The notes under the pieces are model-generated. The model saw only the letters and a list, made by a program, of their open reading frames with translations, was not told the DNA's origin and ran no database searches. The position numbers and the translations under genes were made by a program. DNA of 37,500 nt, taken from contig JANNMP010000158.1 of the NCBI GenBank assembly GCA_031398015.1, positions 1 to 37,500 of the forward strand, written 5' to 3'. How positions within the stretch are numbered: the stretch's first letter is position 1; each line of letters opens with the position of its first letter. Of the stretch, positions 27,408 to 36,568 are shown in pieces. Source of the stretch: Burkholderiaceae bacterium (GTDB lineage Bacteria; Pseudomonadota; Gammaproteobacteria; Burkholderiales; Burkholderiaceae_C).

Positions 27408-27561
27408 GCTCACCTGTTGCTCCCATGCAAGTTTTGTTCAGGCGGCATCTTAATTTCAGTTTGCCTGGCACTGCCGCAGCATCCCCCACGGCCTTGACAC
27501 TCAGACCAGGGGGGGCAGGGGGCCGGCGATACGGCGCCACCCGGCCTGCCAAGGCCGCCAG

Positions 27562-29283
27562 TCAGCGCTGCAGTTTCCAGTCTGGTGCATGCGCGCGCAG
27601 CCAGTGCTCCAGCATGATCAGGATCCATGCCATGGTGCCGTAGTAGTGCGGGTGCTGCGGCAGCAACTCGCCCAGCAATTGCTTGATGAATGCCGGCTGC
27701 ACCAGGCCACGCTCGACGGTGGCTGCCAAGGCATCGGCGGCCAGCTTCTTCAGCCCGTCATGGCGCACCATCCACACGCCGAACGGCAAGCCAAACCCCT
27801 GTTTCTGCTTGCTGATCACGCCGTCGGGCAAGAAGCCACGCAGTGCTTCCTTGAAGAACCAGCGCAGTGCATCACCACGCAGTTTGTGGTCGGGCGGCAG
27901 GCGCATCGAGAACGCCAGCAAGGCGTCATCGAGCATCGGGAAGCCCACCGACACGCCCGCCAGTGCGGTGGTGCCAACCACCTTGGGCAAGTCGCACTCG
28001 GCCAGCGTGTAGCGCCAGTCATAAGCCAGGTGGCGGTCGATCTCGTGCGCGGCATCGGCCTCGGCCCACACCTGGCGCTGCTGCAGGTTGACGCTGGCCA
28101 CATCCACCTGTGCCAACAGGGCCGGCGTCAGCACATTGGCATAACCGAGGCGGCGCACCAGGTTGTAGTCCTGGCCGCGGTCGGGCAGCGGCGTGTTGGC
28201 CAGGCGGATGTAGTTCGAGCCCTTCTTCAGCCCGGGGGTGCGTGCCACCACGTCCAGGCCGAAGAACGGCTCCAGCAGGCCCTTGCGCAAGAGCTGCGGC
28301 ACACGTTGGTAGTGGTCGAAGATGCGCCCACCGGCGTAGCGCGAGTTGCCGCCGAACAGCTCGTCGCCGCCGTCGCCAGCCAGCAGCCGTGTCACGCCGT
28401 CGGCACGCGCCTTGGCAGCGCAGTGGTACGACGGCAACGCCGATGAATTGCCGAACGGCTGGTCGTAGGCAGCGGCCACCTGGGGGATGTCGCGCACCAG
28501 GTCATCGGGGGTCACATACAGCTCACGGTGCTCACAGCCGAAATGGCGGGCCGCCATCCGCGCGAACGCCATCTCGTCGTAGCCCTCGGCCTCGAAGCCG
28601 ATCGAGTAGGTGACGGCAGGCTTGCCTGCAGCCAGGCCGATCATGCCGGCCACGGTGGAGCTGTCGGTGCCACCGCTGAGAAAACACGCGGCCGTGCTGC
28701 CGTCCAGTTGCTGCGCCACCGCGCTTTGCAGCAGCGTGCGGAACTCATCGCGCAGCGTCTCGAACGGCGCCACCGGCGCGGGGTTGAAGCGTGGCACCCA
28801 GTAGGGCTGCACGCGCAACTGGCCGGCATGAAACAGCGCAAACTGTCCCGGCGGCAGCCGGTGCACGCCCTGGAACACGGTGCGTGGCGACGGGATCACA
28901 TGGAAGTACAGGTAATCGAACAGCGCTTGTGGGTCGAGATCGGCACCCGCTGACGCCAACGTGTCTGCACGGGCCGCGCAGCGCAGCTGCCCAGCATCGA
29001 TGCGGTAACACAGCGAGCGCACCGCGAAGCGGTCGATCGCCATGAACACGCTGCCATCGTCCAGCGTGAGTGCCACCGCAAAGTCACCCTGCACCAGGCC
29101 CGCCGCGGCTTGTGGGCCATGGCGCCGGATGAGGCGCAGCCAGGCCTGCGCGTGGCCGTCCTGCAGGTCAAAACCGTCAGGAAAGCGGGGCGAGCCAATG
29201 CACAGCGCGGCAGGGTTGCTGGTCATGGCGTTGGCTGCAGGTGGGCGGTTGGTGGCCAAGGGCTTGTCGTGGTCAATGTGCAT
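27562..29283 (-). CDS. Asparagine-synthetase-like ATP-dependent amide ligase lacking the N-terminal catalytic Cys
   Basis: GDFAVAL..IDRFAVRSL (degenerate Ntn domain), FLSGGTDSS PP-loop, LAGDGGDELFGG, KQGFGLP; no MCG start at either candidate ATG (29283 or 29226). Confidence 0.85.
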   Translation of the reverse strand: MHIDHDKPLATNRPPAANAMTSNPAALCIGSPRFPDGFDLQDGHAQAWLRLIRRHGPQAAAGLVQGDFAVALTLDDGSVFMAIDRFAVRSLCYRIDAGQLRCAARADTLASAGADLDPQALFDYLYFHVIPSPRTVFQGVHRLPPGQFALFHAGQLRVQPYWVPRFNPAPVAPFETLRDEFRTLLQSAVAQQLDGSTAACFLSGGTDSSTVAGMIGLAAGKPAVTYSIGFEAEGYDEMAFARMAARHFGCEHRELYVTPDDLVRDIPQVAAAYDQPFGNSSALPSYHCAAKARADGVTRLLAGDGGDELFGGNSRYAGGRIFDHYQRVPQLLRKGLLEPFFGLDVVARTPGLKKGSNYIRLANTPLPDRGQDYNLVRRLGYANVLTPALLAQVDVASVNLQQRQVWAEADAAHEIDRHLAYDWRYTLAECDLPKVVGTTALAGVSVGFPMLDDALLAFSMRLPPDHKLRGDALRWFFKEALRGFLPDGVISKQKQGFGLPFGVWMVRHDGLKKLAADALAATVERGLVQPAFIKQLLGELLPQHPHYYGTMAWILIMLEHWLRAHAPDWKLQR

Positions 29284-30445
29284 GGGCGCGCCGGGCCAGC
29301 AATTCGTCGGCTGCAGCCAAAGCGCGGCGCGCATTGCTGGCCCAGTGGTAGCCGCGCGCTTGCAGCGCCTGGCCTGCCGCAGCACCCAGGCGCTGGCGCA
29401 GGGCGCCGTCGGCCAGCAGCCGGTCGAGTTGGGTTTCGATGCCATTGGCATCGGCGGGGTCGTACATCAGGCAGTCCTGGCCCTCGACCAGCACCTCATG
29501 GTGGTTGGGCTGGTCGGGCGCAAGGATGGCCTTGCCCATCGCCATGTACTCAAACAGGCACAACGGTGATGCATAGGGCACCAGCGCGGTCTGCAGGGCG
29601 ACATCGAATGCCATCGCAGCGGCCGGCACGGCCGAGCGCGGCACCACGCCGGTGAACACGACCTTGTGTGCAATGCCCAGCGTTGCGGCTTGCGATTGCA
29701 GCGCGGCGCGCACCGGGCCGTCACCCACCACCATCAGGCTGGCGCTGTCGTCGGCCGGGCGCCTGGCGATCCAGGCCACGATGCGGTCGAGCTGATCCCA
29801 TTCACGCACAAAGCCGATGAAGCCGATCACCGTGCGGCCCGCCAGGCCGTGGCAGGCCTTGGCTGCGTCGGCACTGGGCAGGCTGGCGAAGTCCTTCGGG
29901 TTGATGCCATTGGGAATGATGCGCAGCCGGTCGGCCTGCACACCCATGCCGACCAGCATGTCACCCAGCACCTGGGTGACCGGAAACACCCGGTCGGCGC
30001 CACGCAAGGTGTAGCGCTCGAAGCGGTCGGCCAGCCAGCCCAGCTTGAGCTGGTCATATTTTCGGCGTTGCAACGCATCGGGCGCATTGACCTCCAGCAT
30101 CAGCGGTGTGTTGGTGCGCCTGCAGGCCCACACACCCGCCGGCTGGTACAGGGCATAACGTTCATAGACCACGTCGGGCTTGAAGCTGCGCATGGCCAAC
30201 ATCAGCCGGCGGTAGGCCACCAGCGAATAGCTGGCCTCGGCCAGCTCATACAGCGCACCGGGCAGGTAACGCTTGAGCCGGCCCACCCAACCCGGGCTGC
30301 CGCCCTGGCCGGAATCTGACTGGTGCACAGCGGGCCCGACAACCTCGACCTGGTGGCCCTGGGCCTGCAGGGCATGCACCATTTCTTCGATGTGCGTGAA
30401 CTGGCCGTCCTTGGACGCAACGCGGTGGTGGTACAGGATGCGCAT
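29273..30445 (-). CDS. GT4 glycosyltransferase
   Basis: MRILYHHR..SKDGQFTHI, VYERY, IPNGI, ASPLCLFEYMAMGK; alternative start 30523 (ATGA overlap) adds a Pro-rich leader. Confidence 0.9.
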   Translation of the reverse strand: MRILYHHRVASKDGQFTHIEEMVHALQAQGHQVEVVGPAVHQSDSGQGGSPGWVGRLKRYLPGALYELAEASYSLVAYRRLMLAMRSFKPDVVYERYALYQPAGVWACRRTNTPLMLEVNAPDALQRRKYDQLKLGWLADRFERYTLRGADRVFPVTQVLGDMLVGMGVQADRLRIIPNGINPKDFASLPSADAAKACHGLAGRTVIGFIGFVREWDQLDRIVAWIARRPADDSASLMVVGDGPVRAALQSQAATLGIAHKVVFTGVVPRSAVPAAAMAFDVALQTALVPYASPLCLFEYMAMGKAILAPDQPNHHEVLVEGQDCLMYDPADANGIETQLDRLLADGALRQRLGAAAGQALQARGYHWASNARRALAAADELLARRAHAH

Positions 30446-30519
30446 GGGATGCAGGGCTGCGGGGTTGGGTGCGGGGTTGGGTGGACGGTGCGGTGGTTCT
30501 TGGCGACGATCGATCGGGC

Positions 30520-31971
30520 TCATCTGGCCGCCAGGCGCCTGATGGCTGGGCCTGCTGCATGCACCACCTCATGCCACAAGGGGTGCCGCATGAATCGCAG
30601 AGACACTGTCCAGCAGAGCAAGGTGAGGCCAGCGCTGAGCAGAATGTGGCGGACGTAATTGTCCTCAGTCGCCGGCAAAGCCACAAAGAGCAGCGCCGCC
30701 GGCAGCAGTGACACCGCCGTCACCTGGAGACTTTTTTGGCACGCTGACCAGAGTTGTCTGCCAGTGAAGCCACAACCCCGGGCCAGATGCCATTGCGACA
30801 GGCCCAGGCCCAGCACAGCCGACGCCAGCAGGCCCCAGCAGGCACCGATCAGGCCGAACGGCAGCACCGCCGCCAGGCCTGCGATCTGGGTGATCTGCAG
30901 CAGCAGCTGCAAGCGTGTGGCCAGCTTGACCAGCCCATGCGACAGCAGTGCCTCCTTGGCCAGGTAGTGCACCATTTCCACCGCGCCGGCAATGCACAGC
31001 ACATGGGCCAGTGGCACCGACGCCAACCACTGGTCGCCGTACATGATGCGGATGGCTGGAAACGCCTCCAGCGCCAGGAAGCCAAGAAACGTCCAACCGA
31101 TGCCGGTGAAGATGGCAATGCTGCGGATGTAGGCGCGGTTCACGCTCTGCTCTTCGCGCACCGATTTGGCAAAGTACGGCAGGCACACCGGCATCACCGC
31201 CTTCAAGACCAGTTGCCTGAACAGCTGCACCAGGCCACCGGCGCGGCTGAAGACGGCCACGTCGGCCATGCCCTGCGCGCGCCCGATGACCAGCTCGGGC
31301 GCACCGCGCCCCAGCTGCGCCAAGACATAGATGCCACTGGCAAAACTGCCGAAGTGCAGCACCTCACGCACACCCTTCAGGCCGGGCCAGCGCGGAAAGT
31401 GAGCCGGCCGGTAGAGCATGGACACCAGCACCGTGACGGCCACACCGGCCAGTGACGACCAGGCCAGGCTCATCGGGCCGAAGCCACGCAAGGCCAGGCT
31501 GATGGCCAGCACCAGTGAGACCGTTTCGGACAACATGCCGCCCACCAGCAGCGGCTTGAAGTTCATCTCACGGCGGAACCAGGCCTGGTTGATGGCGCCA
31601 AACGGGATCAGCAGAAAGTTGAACGCCTGCACCCGCATGACATCGGCCATCACCTCCGAGCGGTAGAAATCGGCGGCCGGGCCGGCGCCCAGAAACATGG
31701 CCAGGCCCATGGCCCATGACATGCCGATGTTGACGGCGAACGCGGCCCGGATGTTGTCGCGGCTGAGCTGCTTGGCCTGGATCAGGTACTCGGCGATGCC
31801 GAAGTCGCGGAAGTTGGTGGCCAGCGCGGCAAACACCGTGGCCACCGCAAACACACCCACATCGGTGGGTGTGAGGATGCGCGACAAGACCACGGTCGAC
31901 ACCAGCTGCAGCGCCACCCCAAAGTAGCTCTGCGCCGCCGCATAAACCAGCGAGCGGCGGACTTCAGCCAT
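30520..31971 (-). CDS. wzx: Wzx-type flippase (PST/MOP family)
   Basis: VLSRILTPTDVGVFA, FRDFGI, RREMNFK, GDQW..SVP; about 12 hydrophobic segments; start MAEVRRS at 31971. Confidence 0.88.
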   Translation of the reverse strand: MAEVRRSLVYAAAQSYFGVALQLVSTVVLSRILTPTDVGVFAVATVFAALATNFRDFGIAEYLIQAKQLSRDNIRAAFAVNIGMSWAMGLAMFLGAGPAADFYRSEVMADVMRVQAFNFLLIPFGAINQAWFRREMNFKPLLVGGMLSETVSLVLAISLALRGFGPMSLAWSSLAGVAVTVLVSMLYRPAHFPRWPGLKGVREVLHFGSFASGIYVLAQLGRGAPELVIGRAQGMADVAVFSRAGGLVQLFRQLVLKAVMPVCLPYFAKSVREEQSVNRAYIRSIAIFTGIGWTFLGFLALEAFPAIRIMYGDQWLASVPLAHVLCIAGAVEMVHYLAKEALLSHGLVKLATRLQLLLQITQIAGLAAVLPFGLIGACWGLLASAVLGLGLSQWHLARGCGFTGRQLWSACQKSLQVTAVSLLPAALLFVALPATEDNYVRHILLSAGLTLLCWTVSLRFMRHPLWHEVVHAAGPAIRRLAAR

Positions 31972-32995
31972 GCCGCCCGGCGCCGACCATGCGGTTGAGC
32001 AGGCAGCGCAGGGTGAACAGCAGCCACTTTGCGCCAGGCGCCGCGCCCAGCGCCTGGGCCGCATAGAAGCTGGCGTCGGCCCAGTTGCCGGTGTCGGCAT
32101 ATTCAAGCGCGATCTTCTTCAAGGCATAGCCCTTGTGTTCGCGCGCGTGGTGCCTGATGCTGGCGTTGCTGCTGCGTGCCAGGGCCCGGTCGAGCACGAT
32201 GCTTTGCAGCAATCGCTTCTCGACCATGCCCAGCGCCGTGGTCATGTTGTTGGCCTTGCTGGGGTCGGGCACGCGGTGGTAGGACACCACGGCAGGGTGG
32301 TGCAGCATCAGCGTGCTGGCCTCGATCAGCTTCAGGAAGAGGTCGCGGTCACATTCCCAGCGGATGCCTTCGTCCATGCCGCCCACGCTGTTGAACAGCG
32401 CACGCCGTACCACCAGGCAGTTCAGGTGGCAAAACCCGGTGCAGCGCATCAGCGCCGGCACGTCAACGCGGTAGGTGCCGAGCGCGTCAGCGCTGTGGCC
32501 GGCGGCCTGCAGCTGCGCTTGCAGCGTGCCCAGCCACAGCGTACCGACAGGCCGGTCGTCGTTGATCCAGGCGGTTTGGTTGGCCATGTACAGGTCGGCC
32601 ACCTCGCCGTTCCCAGCTGCCGCGTCGATGGCGGCGGCGGCGCGTTGCAGGTGCTGCGGGTCGGTCCATTTGTCGTCGTCGTCGAGAAAGCAGAGGTAGT
32701 CACCGCTGGCCTGGGCCGCGCCGAAGTTGATGGCGTAGCTCTGGCCATGGCCTTTGGGCCGGTGCACCAGTGAATGGGCCTGGAACGCTGCGCCGCGCGC
32801 GGCGCTGGCTGCCGCCCAGATGGCGCGATAGGCGTCCAGGCAGGCGGCACTGGAGCCGTCGTTGACAACGATGATCTCGGTGTCTGCATGGGTCTGCGCC
32901 AGCACCGACGCCAGCGCCTCCTCAAACAGCGCAGGCCGGTCGCGGGTGGCCAGAATGACGGAGAAGCGAGGTGCCATGGCTTGCGCTTGGCTCAT
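31964..32995 (-). CDS. GT2 (GT-A) glycosyltransferase
   Basis: FSVILATRDR, IIVVNDGS, CFLDDDD (DxD), GGMDE. Confidence 0.9.
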   Translation of the reverse strand: MSQAQAMAPRFSVILATRDRPALFEEALASVLAQTHADTEIIVVNDGSSAACLDAYRAIWAAASAARGAAFQAHSLVHRPKGHGQSYAINFGAAQASGDYLCFLDDDDKWTDPQHLQRAAAAIDAAAGNGEVADLYMANQTAWINDDRPVGTLWLGTLQAQLQAAGHSADALGTYRVDVPALMRCTGFCHLNCLVVRRALFNSVGGMDEGIRWECDRDLFLKLIEASTLMLHHPAVVSYHRVPDPSKANNMTTALGMVEKRLLQSIVLDRALARSSNASIRHHAREHKGYALKKIALEYADTGNWADASFYAAQALGAAPGAKWLLFTLRCLLNRMVGAGRHG

Positions 32996-33813
32996 GCCCG
33001 CATCGCATGGGTGTCATACCAGCTCACCCAGTCCAGCGTCCTGCGCAGCAGCGGCAGGCGGCGCAACACCCTGGGCAAGAACGTGTTGTCGCCGATGGTC
33101 TTGTAGAGAATGAAGATCGGGATGTACTTGATCAGCGCCTGCCGCTTGCTCAGCCAGGGCCCGCTCAGGTTGTCACCAAAGGGGCCGGTGGCACCACTCT
33201 CGAAGCGGTGCTCGATGTCACCGCCGCCGTGCCGCCGGTAGCGGCCGTTGCGGTGCCGGCGCTGGTCGATGACCTGGTAGTGGGTGTAGCCCAGGCGCTC
33301 GAAGGTGTTGAACTCTTCGACCAGGTCGCGCCATGAGGTCTTGCTCGACTCGACAGACACAAACTTCGGGCGTGCCGCCGGGCTCACCCGCTGCAGTGCA
33401 TGCACACACAGCATGTCGGCACCCTCGATGTCGATCTTGACGTACAGCGGGTGGCCATGGCGTGCCAGCACGTCTTCGAAGCGGATGCATTGCACCTGGA
33501 TTTCTTCGGAGTCTTTGCCCATGCCGGCATTTCGCGCGGCCCATTTCGGGTCGGTTGTGCCCCAGACCGACAGCTTCTTGTTGATGTAGAAGGTGATCAA
33601 TTGGTCGGATTCACCGATGGCGTTGGGCACGATGGTCAGGCGCCCCTGGGCGATTTCTTGCGCGAAGCGCTGGGCCAGCCGCTCGACCAGTTGCGGGTTG
33701 GCTTCAATGGCCACCACGCGGTAGCCCAGCTTCAAGTAGAAATCGCTGTCTTCGCCCAGGTGGGCGCCGACATCCAGCACAAGGCCGTCGTCCAAGGGTG
33801 TTGGGTTCTGCAT
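32992..33813 (-). CDS. FkbM family methyltransferase
   Basis: VLDVGAHLGEDS, VVAIEANP, VKIDIEGAD. Confidence 0.9.
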   Translation of the reverse strand: MQNPTPLDDGLVLDVGAHLGEDSDFYLKLGYRVVAIEANPQLVERLAQRFAQEIAQGRLTIVPNAIGESDQLITFYINKKLSVWGTTDPKWAARNAGMGKDSEEIQVQCIRFEDVLARHGHPLYVKIDIEGADMLCVHALQRVSPAARPKFVSVESSKTSWRDLVEEFNTFERLGYTHYQVIDQRRHRNGRYRRHGGGDIEHRFESGATGPFGDNLSGPWLSKRQALIKYIPIFILYKTIGDNTFLPRVLRRLPLLRRTLDWVSWYDTHAMRA

Positions 33814-33849
33814 GGCGGTGTCTCGGGCTGTGTGTTCAGGTCTGGATGT

Positions 33850-34794
33850 TCAGCGCTGCGGCTGTGGCATCAGGCTGGGTTCGGCCGGGCTGGGTTTGAG
33901 CGGGGCACGGGCGTCGCGCATCCAGGCCAACACCACTGCGTTGACCTCGTCGCGCACGGCCATGGCCGAGAAGGTCTGGTCGGCGTCGGGCAAGTCATGG
34001 CGCTGCAGGTTGCGCGGACGCTGCATCGCTTGCTGCCAGGCAGGGCTTGCGGCCACCAGGCCGTCAAACTCTTTGCTGACCAGGCTGCGCCCGCTCATCA
34101 GCAGCAGCACGTCACCCTTGAAGCGCCCGATGCCATTGCACATGCGCTGTACAAAGTGCAGCGACGGGTTGTCGGCTGCACCTGCAGGCGCCAACCCGGC
34201 CGCGGGTTGGCGGCGCGCCAGCAGCCGCGTGCGCAGCAAACGCCCCAGCACGGCCATGGCCTGCAGCGGGTTGTATTGCAGGCGCAGCGCCTTCAGCCAG
34301 AACGACTTCTCGCGAAATCGCCTGGCGTAATGGTGGCGCACCACCGCTGCGTCGGCGGTGGCTTCGGTGTGCACCCAGGGGTTGCCGGCGATGATGCCGG
34401 TGACCTCGGGGTACTTCCAGGCGTTGATGAAGACGGCGGCTGCGGCGTCGCAGCCACCCCAGAGCACAAACTCGTGCAGCGCGGGCACATGCTGGCGAAA
34501 GGCGGCGATTGCCGCGGCCAGGTCGGCCTCGGCATCCTCGAAGCCACGAAAGCTGCCTTCGCTGTCGCCCAGGCCGCGGTGGTCAAAGCGCATCACCGGC
34601 ACGCCGCCGGCCGCCAGCTCGCGCGCCATCTGCACCTGCAGCCTGGCCACCCCACCACGGTACTGCGGACCACCGGCAACCATGGCAACCATGCCGCGTG
34701 TGCCAATCACTGGCGGCAGATGCAGCATGCCGATGAGCTCACTGCCCTGGCAGTCAAACACGATGGGAAGCTCGCGCACAGTCGTTGTTGGCAT
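33850..34794 (-). CDS. Hydrolase 1, exosortase A system-associated (alpha/beta fold; TIGR03100-like)
   Basis: AGGPQYRGG, RFDHRGLGDSEG, LWGGCDAA, NPWV, ADQTFS. Confidence 0.88.
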   Translation of the reverse strand: MPTTTVRELPIVFDCQGSELIGMLHLPPVIGTRGMVAMVAGGPQYRGGVARLQVQMARELAAGGVPVMRFDHRGLGDSEGSFRGFEDAEADLAAAIAAFRQHVPALHEFVLWGGCDAAAAVFINAWKYPEVTGIIAGNPWVHTEATADAAVVRHHYARRFREKSFWLKALRLQYNPLQAMAVLGRLLRTRLLARRQPAAGLAPAGAADNPSLHFVQRMCNGIGRFKGDVLLLMSGRSLVSKEFDGLVAASPAWQQAMQRPRNLQRHDLPDADQTFSAMAVRDEVNAVVLAWMRDARAPLKPSPAEPSLMPQPQR

Positions 34795-34799
34795 GTCGC

Positions 34800-35720
34800 T
34801 CAAGCCTGGTGTTGTGCGCTGGCTGCGGCGGCAGGCGCTGCGCCGGGCCCACGTGCTGCTGCTGTTGGTGGGTCCAGCGCCTGGGGCGCCTGCAGCAGCG
34901 CCAGCGTGGCGGCCACCAGGGCGGGCGCATCGGCGCGCTCATGCAGCTGCCAGATCATCGGGCAGGCCACCGTGCTGCTGCGCACCGGCAAGCCCTGCGC
35001 CAGCAGTGCATCCAGCACCCGACGGCTGGCCGGCAGCATCGGCTGCTCGGCCTTGGCCACCACCTCCAGCCAGGCCACGCGGGTCGACGTTGGCAGGCCG
35101 CGCCCGTGCAGTTGGCGCGCGCCGATGCTGTCGGCCATGCTGCCGGTGAGCGGGTAGCCGGCCACCTCAATGACCTCACCGGCGGCCAGACGGCTGCGGA
35201 TTTGCTCGGTGGTCTCACGCTCGGTGGCACTGACCATCTGCGAGGCAATGCGCAAGCGCAGGTACTGGTTGATGAACAGCTTGCCATCGACCACCGGCTG
35301 CCACAGCAGCAGTTGCGACACCTGCACTTGTGCGCTGGCGGCCACGTCACAGGCCAGCAATGCGCCGGTGCGCAGGCCCCACACGGTGACGGGCTGCGGG
35401 CCGATGGCGGCCAGCCAGCGCGTGGCGGCGATGGCGTCGTCCAGCCAGAGCTGCCAGTTGGCATCGCTGATGCGCCCATCGCTTTCGCCGGTGCCGAATG
35501 GATCGAGCAGCAGGCAGCGCAGGCCGGTGGCTGCCATGGCACGCGCCTGGGCCACCACATGCGACCGGCAGCGGTTCATCTCTTCGGCGAACGGCGGCAG
35601 GTACAGCACCGCGCCATGGCACGGCCCGGTGGGCTCGATCTGCAAGGCGAACAGGCGCCGGCCGTTCAATGTCAGGAACTGCGGGTGCGATGTGGCGCAG
35701 CGGGTGGCAGTGGCGCTCAT
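34800..35720 (-). CDS. Hydrolase 2, exosortase A system-associated (TIGR03101-like)
   Basis: LPPFAEEMNRCR, DPFGTGESDG, WGLRTGALLA, LWQPV, EVAGY; start ATG 35720 or GTG 35744. Confidence 0.88.
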   Translation of the reverse strand: MSATATRCATSHPQFLTLNGRRLFALQIEPTGPCHGAVLYLPPFAEEMNRCRSHVVAQARAMAATGLRCLLLDPFGTGESDGRISDANWQLWLDDAIAATRWLAAIGPQPVTVWGLRTGALLACDVAASAQVQVSQLLLWQPVVDGKLFINQYLRLRIASQMVSATERETTEQIRSRLAAGEVIEVAGYPLTGSMADSIGARQLHGRGLPTSTRVAWLEVVAKAEQPMLPASRRVLDALLAQGLPVRSSTVACPMIWQLHERADAPALVAATLALLQAPQALDPPTAAARGPGAAPAAAASAQHQA

Positions 35721-35740
35721 GGTGCGGGGTGCTTGGCGGC

Positions 35741-36505
35741 TCACATCAGCATGCAGCGGTCGCTGCCGGCGACCAGCTTGTGCCGCTGCAATCGGTAAGC
35801 GGCGTCGGCCGCCTGCAGCAGTTCAGCGGGCACGGCAACGTCGGAGTAGTCGCTTGCCGCGCCGCTGACCTGGCCCGATTTCAGCCGGTTCGAGTCGTCA
35901 CCACCATTGCCACGCCCGGTGTTCGAGAAGGTGCTGTATTGCGTCGGGATCGGCGAGTCCAATGCCAGCCACGACGACATCGCCGCCAGCGTGGGCGCGG
36001 TGGCGGTGACCAGGCATTCGGCGTCCAGATAAAAATAACGCCGGCCCAGGCCGCTGGCAGTGTCGGCCAGCGTGGCCAGGCGGTCGATGTAGTAGCGCGT
36101 GGCCCCTTCTGCGGTGGCCTCGGGCAGCTCTGGCTTGCGTTGGCGGTACAGCACCATCAGGCTCTTGATCGACTGCTCGGGCGCGCGCAGCATCATCAGC
36201 GTGCGGCTGTTCTCGCGTGTCAGCAGCCCCAGGCCCACATGGTGGCTGTCATGCAGCACCTTGTCGAACATGTAGCAGGAGTTGGGCTTGGCGCGGTGGT
36301 TTGACAGGTACAGGTACTTCTGGCGCCACAGGCTCCTCCAGCTGAAGTACGCGATGTGCATCTCGTAATAGCCTTCAATCTGCGGGTGGCTGCCCATCAG
36401 GTGGCCGAGCAGGCTGGTGTTGGCCCGCATGTGGCTGAGCAGGAAGATGTTGCGGTGCTTCAGCACCAGCGCCGGATTGCTGATCAGTGACTGCAGTATC
36501 GACAT
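35741..36505 (-). CDS. Sulfotransferase family protein (PAPS-dependent, putative)
   Basis: FLLSHMRANTSLLGHLMGSHP resembles the 5'-PSB loop; DKVLH; MMLRAPEQSIKS resembles the 3'-PB R..S motif. Confidence 0.7.
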   Translation of the reverse strand: MSILQSLISNPALVLKHRNIFLLSHMRANTSLLGHLMGSHPQIEGYYEMHIAYFSWRSLWRQKYLYLSNHRAKPNSCYMFDKVLHDSHHVGLGLLTRENSRTLMMLRAPEQSIKSLMVLYRQRKPELPEATAEGATRYYIDRLATLADTASGLGRRYFYLDAECLVTATAPTLAAMSSWLALDSPIPTQYSTFSNTGRGNGGDDSNRLKSGQVSGAASDYSDVAVPAELLQAADAAYRLQRHKLVAGSDRCMLM

Positions 36506-36568
36506 GTTGAAACCTGATTCATCTGTTCTTCGGTGCGGGCTGTCGGCTGCGGCCAACGCCCCAGCGCA

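Noticed and set aside
27426-27441. Second sigma54 promoter upstream of the ACP (CTGAACAAAACTTGCA on the - strand)
   Set aside because: Good -12 box, but the invariant GG at -24 reads TG.
25143-27497. Long antisense or alternate-frame ORFs (784 aa here; also 11267-13042, 12547-14238, 18755-20452, 33400-35157 and others)
   Set aside because: Shadow ORFs of high-GC coding regions: they overlap well-supported genes and show no recognisable motifs.
27494-27522. TTGACA hexamer and G7/G5 tracts as a promoter or phase-variation site
   Set aside because: TTGACA is on the antisense strand with no -10 box at proper spacing; G7 is short and unremarkable in high-GC DNA.
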